Shown here: piece by piece, positions 13,831 to 26,486 of the stretch
Layout of the letters: every line of letters starts with the position of its first letter
How positions within the stretch are numbered: the first letter of the stretch is position 1
Notes under the pieces: generated by a model
The model's input: only the letters and a program-made list of their open reading frames with translations
Database searches by the model: none
What the model was told of the DNA's origin: nothing
DNA from: Nemertoderma westbladi
Taxonomy: Eukaryota; Animalia; Xenacoelomorpha
Direction of reading: 5' to 3'
NCBI GenBank assembly: GCA_032718475.1
Contig: JAUCBJ010006937.1
Coordinates: 1 to 64,000 of the forward strand
DNA length: 64,000 bases
Made by a program: the position numbers and the translations under genes

Positions 13831-15007
13831 GTCAATTTTGAAAATTGATTGTTTGAAACTTGTTTTTTACGCAATTTGGGTTTTTTGGGGTTCTGGATTC
13901 GATGAAATATATACGAGTTGCACCAAGCGTATCAAACTCGTATTTTTCGGTGCTGTGTGCAAATTTTGGTGCTAGCACGAAATTTTGAAAATCCATTCAA
14001 TAGATAAAATTGCTTGTGACAATTTATTTCTTGCGTTTTAGAGGTTTATGGCTGCTCTGAATTCAATGGAATATATAATTATCGAACTAGACATCTCAAA
14101 CTTGTATTTTTCGGATGTGGGTGCAAAATGTGGTGCTAGCACCAAATTTTGAAAACCATCAAATATATCAATTGATTGTGTCACCTTGTTTCTTGCGTTA
14201 TACGGGTTTGTGATGGTTTTGAATTCAATGGAATCAGTAAAAATTTCATAAGAGTTCTCAAACTTGTATTTTTCGCCGGTGGGTGAAAATTGTTGTGCCA
14301 GCACCAAATTTTGGAAAATATGCAAATTGATCAGTAGATAGTATCAGCTTGTTTCTTGCGTTATACGGGTTTATGAGGGTCCTGAATCCGATGGAATCAA
14401 TAAAAAGAGCACTGGACATCGCAAACTTGTACTTTTTGGTGATGGGTACGAAATTTGGTGCTAGCACCAAAATTTGCCAAATTGCGCCGAAAAATACAAG
14501 TATCAATGAACTGGCATATTAGAAATGTATTCCATTAGAATCAGCGCCCTCGAAAACCTGAAAATGTGAATTTATAGCATCGTATAAGTGAATTAAAAAT
14601 TTTGTGTTCTAACTGAAAAGTGCTGGTTACTTGTTTTTTTCAATTTTTCCTACGCAGAGAGGACTAAACAGCCATTTATAGTAATCATATCATTTTTAAA
14701 TATTTTCCAATGTATTTTGCACCCCAGAAAACCTGTATTGAAAAATAATTAGCCGAAAATGTAACTTTCAAATTTTGTGAAAATTGTGCACTACTTGTAA
14801 TTTTGGTGCTGCAATATAACCACCCTAGAACATTTTTTCGAAATTTTTTTTTTTCGGTCGGATCCAGACAAGTGATACCTACGTACAAACAAAAAATCAG
14901 ACGTTTTCGTAAGTATTTGTAGATTTTAGAGGGAGGTGTCAATATGACCCCCCCCCCCCCCCCCCCCCGGTATTTGTACAACATTTTATAGCCCGGTACT
15001 AATAGGG
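13831..15007 (+). mobile_element. piggyBac-type copy B (left-truncated), part of a roughly 1.4-kb tandem duplication extending to about 15245
   Basis: Near-identical to copy A without its insert; flank 15008-15245 duplicates 13573-13809. Confidence 0.88.
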
Positions 15008-15770
15008 TTAAGGACTGATAACTTAGAACAACAAATAGCCTTAATGCAAGACCATATCACAATAATAAATAGAAAAGCGGACCCACAAGCAGCGTCACAG
15101 AGCGTGAAAATCCTGAAACGTGCCTCAGATATGAGTGGCATCCATGCCGAAAACACAGCATATCAGAACGACCAAAGCTCGCATTTAACAGAAATTATGT
15201 TAAATTCTTCGGCAGTACAAGCTGACTTAACCAGACATATGGCTATGAATGAAGCCCGACAGTGCGTCTCCTCAGGTCAAATTTTAAAATTTGATGGCGA
15301 CGAACTGAAGTGGTTACCCTTTGCAGATTTCTGTAAAGATAGTATTCTCGAGTCCCCATTAAGCGAACGTGAAAAGCTTAGATACTTAATAAGCTGTCTG
15401 GAGGTACCCCCAAAACAGATGGCCGCAAAATATGTGGGCCATGTAGACGGCATTAACACCGTTTGGGATACATTAAAGGAGTGGTATGGAAACGAAGAAA
15501 GTTTGGCACGTAATATGTATGACAGATTAATCTCTAAAAACAGATCCACTCAAAACGGGATCGTTGAGTTTAGGGATGAAGTGGAGGAAATCTGCCGCCA
15601 GCTTGATTGGCTTGGACAGAAACACGTATATGATACTGTTATGACGGTCCAGTTTGTTTCCAGTGCGTTGCCAAAGGGTTCTACGGGAACCAGATGGGAT
15701 AGATATACGTATAACTATAAACTCAAACATGGATGCTTCCCAGATATGGACTCATTCAGAAGTTTCTTAA

Positions 15771-17331
15771 CCCTATTAGTACCGGGCTATAAAATGCTGT
15801 ACAAATACCGGGGAGGGGGGGGGGGGGGGGGGTCATATTGACCCCTCCCTCTAAAATCTACAAATATTAACGAAAACGTCTTATTTTTTGTTTGTACGTA
15901 GGTATCACTAGTCTGGATCCGACCGAAAAAAAAAATTTTCGAAAAAATGTATTGGGTGGTAATATTGCAGCACCAAAATTACAAGTAGTGCACAATTTTC
16001 ACAAAATTTGAAAGTTACATTTTTCGGCTAATTATTTTTCAATACAGGTTTTCTGGGACGCAAAATACATTGGAAAATATTTAAAAATGATATGATTACC
16101 ATAAATGGCTGTTTAGTCCACTATGCGTAGGAAAAAAATGAAAAAAACAAGTAACCAGCACTTTTCAGTTAGAACACAAAATTTTTAATTGACTTATACG
16201 ATGCTATAGATTCACATTTTCAGGTTTTCTAGGGCGCTGATTCTAATGGAATACATTTCAAATATGCCAGATCATTGCTACTTGTATTTTTCGGCGTAAT
16301 TTTGGAGCTAGCACCAAATTTCGTAGCCATCACCAAAAAGTACAAGTTTGCGATGTCCAGTGCTGTTTTTATTGATTCCATCGGATTCAGGACCCCCATA
16401 AACCCGTATAACGCAAGAAACAAAATGATACTATCTACTGATCAATTTACTCATTTTCCAAAATTTGGTGCTGGCACAACAACTTTCATCCACCTGCGAA
16501 TAATACAAGTTTGAAAACTCTTATGAAATTTTTACTGATTCCATTGAATTCAGAACCCTAACAAACCCGTATAACGCAAGAAACAAGTTGACACAATCAA
16601 TTGATATATTTGATGGTTTTCAAAATTTGGTGCTAGCACCACATTTTGCACCCACTTCCGAAAAATACAAGTTTGAGATGTCTAATTCGATAATTATATA
16701 TTCCATTGAATTCAGAACAGACATAAACCTCTAAAATGCAAGAAATAAATTGTCACAAGCAATTTTATATATTGAATGGATATTTATAATTTCGTGCTAG
16801 CACCAAAATTTGCACACAGCACCGAAAAATACAAGTTTGATACGCTTGGTGCAACTCGTATATATTTCTTCGAAACCAGAACCCCAAAAAACTCCAATTG
16901 CGTAAAAAACAAGTTTCAAACAATCAATTTACAAAATTGACATATTTCAAAATTTGGTGCTGGCACCAAAATTTGGCACCCGCCGAAAAAAACAAATTTG
17001 AAATTTCTAAATCAATTTATATGAATTCCATCCAATTGCTAACACCAAAAAACCGGTGTAAATGAAAAATAGAGATGTTACAATTAATATTTAATGAAAT
17101 GTAATTTTCAAAAAACGTCTCACAAAAAGTGCCAAAAGTAGGGTTAAAAAATGGTGCTATAACTCGAAAACTACCCAATATTTTTGAAAACAGTTTTCAC
17201 TACTATGAAGACAATAGATTTTTAGGAAAAGTCATAAAATTTCAGATTCCCAACTGCGTTTGTTTCAGAATTATAATAAAAAAACCACGGGGTGGGGTCA
17301 TATTGACCCCCCCCCCCCGGGTTTAATAGGG
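15771..17331 (-). mobile_element. piggyBac-type copy C, complete 1561 bp, inverted relative to A and B
   Basis: TTAA at 15767-15770 and 17332-17335; CCCTATTA...TAATAGGG ends; removal restores gag ..FRSFL-KAETSTY.. Confidence 0.9.
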
Positions 17332-20300
17332 TTAAAGGCAGAAACCTCTACCTATGTCATCACCATGAACCGGAAAAAGAGCACCCGTTCTGACACAAAG
17401 GGTAACGACAAAGCGACAACCAAAAGGCGGTATGCCTACGTCACTAATTATGAGGAGTGCCCCTCCAATCACTCTGATACAGACGCCGAGGGATGTGAAA
17501 GTAACTACTATAGTGACGCGAATTCCCAAAACGAGAACAAACATAGTAGTCAAGGCAAATTTAATCGAAGGACTCCTCCCCCCCAAGTTTGTTAATTCCA
17601 CAAAGAAAGCACATACAGACAGTTGAAAATCAGCCGCTAAAGCTTATAACACAATAACGGCTAGCAACACTGACCCTAAGTGTCCTCTTTGTAAAACAGA
17701 CTCACATCCACTTGCGAAATGCAATGCCTTCTTAAGAAAACACTAAAGGAGAGACGACAGACAGTTTTGGACTTGTCAACATGCTTTTTGTGTCTCAGAC
17801 CAGGACATTTGCGATGTAAGTGTAGATTAGTAAATGTAAAGACGTATCCAGTATGCCAAGGATCACATCACCCTTTGTTGCACCTAGACTGGGCCCCTAA
17901 GGAGGAACTAGACCAATGTGTACATTTTACCGACTACGAGACAGACTCATCTGACGAGGGACCAGATGCTTTCCTCCCAGGTGAGTTTTCGGGCGACAAC
18001 GAGTGCTGTAACCACGTCAGCGTATATGAGGCCTTTACCTACGAGGAATCTGCGCTGGACGACTGCTTCAAGGTAGAGAGCGACTCCAGTACTCGGCCAT
18101 TTCAAGATTGCGGAGTCCGAGTGTTTCTGGTGCTTCAAGTCCGACTCCATGCGGGAAGTAACAGCGTCGTAGTCAACGCCCTCATGGACACCAGAAGTAC
18201 AGGTACTTTCATAGATGCAGAGCTAGCAGAATTCTTGTTTACCGGGGAGCAAGGGCACGATATAAAATTAACACTTATCTGGGATAATGAAACGTTGGCA
18301 ATCAACGATCGAGACAAAATATTACAAGGCATCCCTATCTACACCACAGGACGCCAGTGGCCGAGATAGAGTGTTCAATAAAAAAATGGTTGTCATCCGT
18401 AACTTTGCAAAAAGTCAGGCCAAGGCTTACAACTGGGACGATGACACCCTTGTACACAGCCATAATATCCCCTGTTTCACCCCAGACTATCCAGGCGTAC
18501 AAATGTTAATAGGTCAGAACGTTCCCGAGGCTTTAGAAATTCTAGAGAAATGACCTAGACATCGGAAACCAATATCGGCATATGCCTGTTGGACAAGAGT
18601 AGGATGGTTCTGTACTGGTCCTTCACAAAGGACCCTATTATAACGAAAAGTACCTACGAAATTAGACACAGACACTTGTAATCTAGTGACACACCTGTGT
18701 AACGAAGTAATAGCGACTACAGAAGACACACTGACGACCCCAGACCAAACGGACAGCGATAGTGACACGTCCCTGTCGTCCGACCAAGACTGTTTTCTCT
18801 CAAATTATTGCAAACCTGATGTCATATTCCCAATAACCGACCAAGAATCCATTGATGCACAATTAGAACTGTGCAATTTGTTAAGCACGCCCCCTGAGCT
18901 GCAACAAGAATTAAATGAACTTGAAGAAGCGCAGCATCTCTTGAAACTTGAAGTGCATACTATCAAGTGGATGCAGCAGGAAGCACTTGAACCCAATTCC
19001 AACGACAATGCATTATCAGTAGAAGAGGAGTGAGCGAAACAGATCCAGAGAACCACCACCAGGTTTCTGCCAGACCAAGGCAAGTACGAGGTTGGGCTTC
19101 TCTGTCGGTCCCCTCAACCTAAACTATTTAATAATGAGATACTAGCATATAAACGCGTCTCACAATTGGAAAGATGCCTCGCAGCCAACCCTACAGCTCA
19201 TGAACTCTATAAAGAACAAATTACGAAATTCATAAGTAAGGGATACGTGGAACTTGTTCCACCAGACGCCCCCAGGACTGACCGAACTTATTACCTTACT
19301 CACCATTATGTTGAACGGGAAGACAAACCAGGACGCATTAGAGTAGTGTTTGACGGTTCGGCTAAGTACCAAGGACAGTCCCTCAACTCTGAACTATTAC
19401 CCGGACCCGACTTGTTGCACAGTCTTTGCCCGGGATACTGATACGCATGAGACAATATGCCGTCGCCTTTGCTTCGGACATAGAGGGTATGTTTCTGCAA
19501 GTGAAAGCCTTGGACATCAACCGGGACAGCATGCATTTTTTGTGGTGGACAGAAGGTGACTTGAATTCCAATCCGGTTGAGTATCGTATGACTATCCAAG
19601 CATTCGGTATCATCTCCAGTCCTTCTAACTCATGCTCAGTGTTACACCGGACAGCTGACGATCATCGGGATGAATTCCCACCGTCCGTCGTAGATAATAT
19701 CAAAATAGATATTTATATGGACGATAATTTGAAATCAGCTCCGACAGTTAAGGAGGCCATAGACATTGTCCAAGGGATGGTCAACTGCCTGAAACTTGGA
19801 GGATTTCGCCTGACGAAATTCACCAGTAATTCTCGTGAGTTTCTGAAGGCCATACCTCCCGCAGAGCGTGGCGATACAGAGCTCGACTTAAATAAGGGCG
19901 ATCTGCCTGAAACTAAGACATTAGGACTCCATTGGCTGACTGAAAGTGACACCATGGCGTTTAAATTCAAGTTAAGAAAGGGTGACACCCGAACTAAGCG
20001 CATTTGCCTTAGCATACTCAGCACTTATTTCAACCCCCTCAGCTTTATTAGCCCGGTTATTCTACTGGCCCGAGACATCGTTCAGCGAATGTGGAGGGAA
20101 AACGACAGTTGGGACAACCCCTTGACAGGGACACTACTAGAAGACTGGTGGAAATGGGAATGGTCCTTACCTGACCTAGAAAGTTTCTCCTTACCTAGAG
20201 CATACTTCCCAAATGTAGACTCCCTACAGACTTATGAACTCCATGTATTCGGTGACGCGAGCGACAAGGGTGTTGGGATTGTAGCTTACTTTAAATGTGA

Positions 20301-22650
20301 AACCTTAGATGGTGTCTCAGTAGCATTAGTTGCCTCAAAGGCTTTGATAAGGCCAATCGCCAAGACCAATGACACCTTAACCATTCCCCGAGCCGAACTT
20401 AAGGCGTCCGTATATGCCACTATCATCGCTAAGAATATCTGTTAGCGCAGACAGACTATAAGGTAATAAGGAAAGTTTACTGGACAGACGCTGCTTTGGT
20501 TTTAGAATATCTGACCAACACGACATGCCAGTTTAGTGTATATGTGACGAATCGTGTGGCACGAATATTAAAAGAAACAAATGTTGATCAGTGGAGAAAC
20601 TGTCCAGGATTGCTAAATCCCACTGAGATTGCGTCTCGCGGTGCTACCCCTCAGGAACTGATAGATACTAAGTGTTGGTTACAGGGACCTGCCTTTTTGC
20701 AAGGCCCCGAGAATAGTTGGCCCCCAAACTCAACGCCTGCAGAAATAAGGCAACAAGCAAAGGGTGCGGAAATCGCTAAGTCTAAGAACAAAGCGTCCAA
20801 GTCAAAACTATTCAGAAATATCGACATATCTTCACTGCCTATACGTGAGAATGTAAGCCAACAAAGCCCCCCAGACACTGAAGCCCTTATTACCCTTTCA
20901 GTCCCAGATCGGGCTGGCAGCCTTTCACCACTCAATAGCACAGCCATGGACCATTACAGTTCCTGGCACAAGCTTTGCCGCACCATCACAATATTAAAAC
21001 GATATGTATATTATCGTTGTAATAAAGCAAAATTCTCACAAGGCAAGTTGCTGGATCATGAAGTAGACTACACAAATAGGCAATTACTCCGATTATCTCA
21101 AGTCCAGGAAAGGGCACCAACATATGACTACCACCTGAAGCATCCCACTACGCAATCGAACGATAAATTTTCTAGTGTGATGTTCGACGGCCTAATCAGA
21201 GTGGGAGGCCGACTTACCAACGCCCCCCTTTCCCGCAACACGATATTCCCTATTATTATCTACGATCCCGCCATTCAACGCAAATTAATACAAGATGTGC
21301 ACAATCAGCTGTTGCACGCGGGGAGGGAACATATACTCCGTGAAATATGTACCCGCTATTATCTTGTAAAGCCCAGAAATGCCTTAAACAAATTTCTGCG
21401 CATCTGTTTACCCTGTAGAAAACTGTATGACTCAATTAGAAGCACCCTTACCAAAGGAATGCGTTAGCTGTTACGAGCCCCCCTTTACACATACAATTGT
21501 AGACCTATTTGGACCAATAGAAGTCAAGAGGGCTTGAACCATGGTTAAAAGATGGTGCGTTATCTTCGCCTGCATGACTTGTCGCGCCGTATAACTAGAC
21601 ATGGTTAATTATATCTCCATGAACAGCTTTATCCTGTGCTTACGTAGGCAAATCAGTCGATATGGCACCAGCAATACAATGAAGTCCGACAAGGGCACAA
21701 ACTTTATAAGAGCGAACAACGAGATAGCACGCTCTATAGAAGAATGGTTCCAGGATCAAGTTGATGAGCTGTTGAAGGTTTCCGCTTCCAGCTGGACCTT
21801 TAACGCCGCAAACGCACCCTGGTGGGGCAGGAGCTGGGAGAGATGAATTCGTAGCGTAAAGGTAGCTTTTCATCATATACTACCCTGCAAAGCCTACGGA
21901 TGAGATACTCCGTACCATCTTAGAGGAAGTGACCGCCTATCTAAACAGTCGACCCTTAATGCCTGTTTCGAACAGCCCCAAAGCACTAGAGGCCCTCACA
22001 CCAGCCCACTTTCTGATGAAAAAGAAAGTAGTGATGTTGCCAGTCTCAACACCATTAGATGGTGATGAGTTATTTCGACAGACCTGGAAGATGACACAAT
22101 TACTGTCATCCTGATTTGCAAACCACTTTGAGCGCTTTTACCTCCCCAGTATACAACTTAGAAACAAGTGGTTTTCGGTAAAAGACAACGCCAGAGTGGG
22201 CGACATGGTCTTAGTAGTAGACTCTGATCTTCCCCGCAAGTATTGGCAGACAGCGCGCATCGTGGAGACACACGTTAGTGCGGATGGCCTAGTAAGATCG
22301 GTGGATTTAGTAGTGCTCAGGGAAAAGGGCAAGCTAAACTTCGTTCCACAGAGATTCAATTGTCCCATAGGACGCCTCTGCCTTCTAGAAATGGCACGCG
22401 AAGAGTCTGGCAACTACGGAAAGCAAGAAGTTAATCCAACCGACTTAACTTACTTTCTGTTATTATTAGTTAACTCCTAAGTAACGTTTGAGTGCGCTGC
22501 ATATCACACTCAAGCGTGGGAACGGGTTATGTGAAGTTAACCACTGACCCCTTTTTTTTCACTGCTGACCCACTTTTTCAAAATATGCCATATATTCAGC
22601 TTGACAGGCTAAATAAATTTGTCCCTATATCGCATCGTCCCCAAAACACA

Positions 22651-25385
22651 ATAGGACTATGGGATGTTTCATGATAAATCGTTTTATACACGGTGCATGA
22701 AACTTGATCTTAGTCCTAGAACAATTATAAATAAAATGACATAAACCATAGGACTGTGGGATGTTTCATGATAAACTGTTCTACAGTCCCGCTCTCAAAA
22801 AGCATTCCTTTGATCAAACATTGATCAAACTTTGATCAAACATTGATCAAAGTTTGATCAAAATGTGTCCTTAGAATATCATTGAAAGTAGCATTGACAT
22901 TGAAATGACATTGATGGCATATTGAAATGACCTTGAAATCGACGCACCGAAATTCCAGACTTTCTGTCTCATATTGAAATGACATTGAAATTATTTCAAG
23001 GTAACAGTTTACATCTCTCAACTGCGGCAAGCCTTTGAACTCAGATTCCCGCCGAGAACTGGCTTTTGTTAATGGCCAAGTCGCTATGTGATTGACAGGG
23101 CAGTGGATGGAGCTTGCTTGACTTTATGGATGGACCGCGATTGGATTTACATGGCAGTGTTGTGGTAGTGTCCCAGACTGAGTCTTGTTCTTGTAGGGCA
23201 GGGCCTATTATTACACTAACAACTATAGTTCAGAAAAACATCCTTTGGAATATTTTTAAATTATTGTTATATTAGAAATTAGTTTCAATGTTCCTTAAAT
23301 CAGAATCAAGGCCAAAGACCTCCATTGACATAGCAGCGCGATGGCTGCCGTTGCATTGCATTTGCTTATACAGTAATTGTGTAAATTCGACAAGCTTCCT
23401 TCCTGCCCCTGTCTCTAAGTATACTAATAAATGTAAATAAAGAAATAAATAAATCCGAGCGCTAGCGCCAGCGCACCCCCTAAAATACCTTCTAAAAATG
23501 TACGTAATTTAATTTTAATACTCTGATAAGGTAATTATATTGAAAATCTCATTTGTTTTAAAGTAAACTATGTTATGTACATCATTAGTTACGTATTTTT
23601 TAATTTAGATTAACGTATTGTAATTATAATTTTTTTAATATTAAAAATCAAATTGGGTTAGTAATACTTATTAAATTATGCTCATTCATTTTTAATTAAT
23701 GGAGGGTTTTAACCATCCGGCCGACAAACCACACTTTTGCTCACAGGTCGTTGTAAGACAAGGACAAGGCATCAATATAACCCCAGTGATCCCATCCCCT
23801 CTCTTGTTGTGGACTATGACTATATCATTGTACAAGCTGCGGACCTGCACACAAACCACACTTCATGTGGTGCCCCCCCCCCCCCCCCCCCCCCATTTTA
23901 ATGTATTGTAGCCATTAGTATTAGTATTGTTTAGTACACATTACTACCTGCATAGTTCCTTTGCGACTAGGCCAGCTCAGTGCCAGGAGGCCAATCTCTT
24001 TGGTTGGCGGCCTCCTGTGTGTGGGTTAGTTGGCTGTCTAATTTCTTGGGAAGACTTTATAGTAAATTTCGAAATTTCGGGGAATTCCATAAACCCATAT
24101 TCCACAGCAAATAATTGGTTTTACATGCTGGGGCGGCATAAGCTAAGAGCCATTACACATGTTATGCCTTTACTTTGTTAGTGGTCTGTCGCTGTCGGCA
24201 CCCCAAGCTAATAATATACAGCAAATAGCACTGAGACCGCTGACTCCTTTACTCCCTATGACATAATTTGTTGTGACTCTAATCAATTATTTTTCCTTAC
24301 AAGAAAGCAACGTATTTCCCACTTGTGGCCAGCCAGAAGGCCACAATGTCAACTGATATAATAATACCAAGGGATATTCTTATATTACCCCCCCCCCCCC
24401 CCCCCCCTTTAGAAAAATGCTTTTGTTTCAGAAAATTTGGAATGTGGATCTTTAATATATATATATATATTATTTTTTTCTCATTTCAACTGGAAAGACT
24501 TCAGTATGCTTTCACATGGCCTCCCCCTCGCACGCTACGCTAGTTGCCGCCCCCCCCCATTATAATGTATTGTAGCCATCCACCCAACACATTGCGTAAC
24601 TCAGAATTAAACTCCACACAGCCCATACCCGCCCTTGCTTTCATTACCACCACACCGCCAAGTGGAGATTCAATTGCGGCTGTTATTTTCTGATAATCGC
24701 TGTAAATTATTATAACCTAGGCGGTCCGGTTTAAATAACGGCTATAGCGTACAAACCTATGGTATGATATGGATGTGGTGTCCTGTGTGCTCTGCAGACA
24801 TCCTACAGAGCACATGGAGCATTACACACACAGAGAGCAGAGAGAGAGAGAGAGAGAGTTAGGGCTGCTTGATTGACACACAGCTCAGTGGGAATCTAGA
24901 CTTTGAAGTGCAGCGCCTTTGGTAGAACTCAATGGCAGGATTTATAAGCCTGATACATTTCAATATTTGATCAAACTTTGATCAATGTTTGATCAAAGTT
25001 TGATCAATGTTTGATCAAAGGAATGCTTTTTGAGAGCGGGACTGTATACACAGTGCATGAAACTTGATCTCAGTTCTAGAACATTCTAGAATATACAAAT
25101 GGGAGGTTCATGATAAGCCATTATACACATGATGCATGAAACCTGAACCCAGCATTAATAACATGTTGCGATAAGTCATTATTAAACACGACGTGCAGCC
25201 AACCAAAACCCTTTAACTGTATGATGACGGTGATAATACAATTGAATGTGGAATCCATATCCTTTATTTCGGTTAAACCAAACTCTGGGTAAATTCTGGA
25301 GATGGCCCGTCACTTCTTGTATAACTCGAGTACAAATAAATCGATAAGATAACAATATAAGTCATTATTGAACATGGCGCATGAC
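22651..25385 (+). other. Array of about five related RNA hairpins in the element 1 pol-ORF2 spacer (second hairpin split by the MITE)
   Basis: Units at 22651, 22748/25047, 25100, 25164 and about 25357; conserved ATAA/G internal loop and compensatory stem changes. Confidence 0.7.
22784..25044. mobile_element. Tc1/mariner-type non-autonomous element
   Basis: TA TSD (22782-22783, 25045-25046); roughly 78-bp TIRs CAGTCCCGCTCTCAAAAAGCATTCCTTTGATCAAA with repeated TTGATCAA; no transposase ORF. Confidence 0.88.
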
Positions 25386-26486
25386 AATAACAAACCTTGG
25401 TCTTACCGTATTATGACGGCCCAATCACACTTGAATACCGAGTCTTAATTATTACTCCCGCTTCTTGCCAATTCTTGTCAATTGCCAGAGTACAGTAAGA
25501 GATGTCAATTAGTTGGCTTGAAATTTCAAGAACCAGCATAGCTCGATAATGATTAATACAATATCACATCCATATAAATCCGTTCAAGTCACTGTAATAA
25601 TGAGCATTACGGGAACGGTCGCAGTCCATTTTGTGGCTCTCTCCCAAGGGATGAGTAAACTTAGTTTAAGTCACCAGATCGCGTAAACCTTTATTATGTT
25701 ATTTATTAATAGCTTAATACCATCAACCCTTAATTATGACATTAATATCACGATAGTACAAACACCAATACTATACAGACAAACACTACATTCAAAAAAA
25801 TAAATTTAATAATAACCAACAAAGACGTAATAATATCACAGTAAACCCAGATCTGTGTGACTGAATAATACCCTATTCTACCGCTATATTTACCGAATAT
25901 TGACCTTCAATAAATTAATAACTAATTTAGAACATTGAAACACTGGTGCGTCACCCGTGCTACCCTTTTTATTAAAGTTCTAGAGTTTATCGTATTTGCT
26001 AAATTTAATACCTTTAAATTTATTTAGTGAGTATCCATGGAAACTAATATCAACATTCAGGAAATAGTAGATTTGTGATAAACATTCGTACGTGTTGTGA
26101 TATTGTGTGTGTTAGTTTGCATGACAGTATGCATAGCAACTATTCTACATGTCTTTACTGTAGCGAACCGAAACCCTATTGCTGACTAACTGCAATTGCA
26201 CTGCGATATTAGTTACCCCGACGAATAGCACTTGGATAAGACTGGCCTCGAGCTTTTCCTGCACGTTAGCCGTTGCATCATCCACCCATTCATCGATACC
26301 TGTTGGATAGGGAATTGGCGTAGCGGCGCAAACGTGGCCAGGGGCAGCTTGGGTCCGTGTCGGGCTGGGGATAGAGGGCGGCTTGCCATTGCCGACCCAT
26401 GCCATCTCTGATAACCATAACAATAATCGACTCTTTGGTTTGCCTTTGTTGGATTAATAATATATTTGCTTCTTATAATAATAATA

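Larger units (their letters stand above)
7863..22480 (+). pseudogene. Element 1 gag-pol (BEL/Pao), disrupted by stops, frameshifts and insertions
   Basis: Coiled coil; DUF1759-like KFDGD..KWLPF...EKLRYLISCL; CFLCLRPGH knuckle; protease LMDT.STGTF; RT IYMDD; RNase H HVFGDAS; integrase SDKGTNF..WER; C-terminal GDMVLV..DGLVRSV. Start is approximate. Confidence 0.92.
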
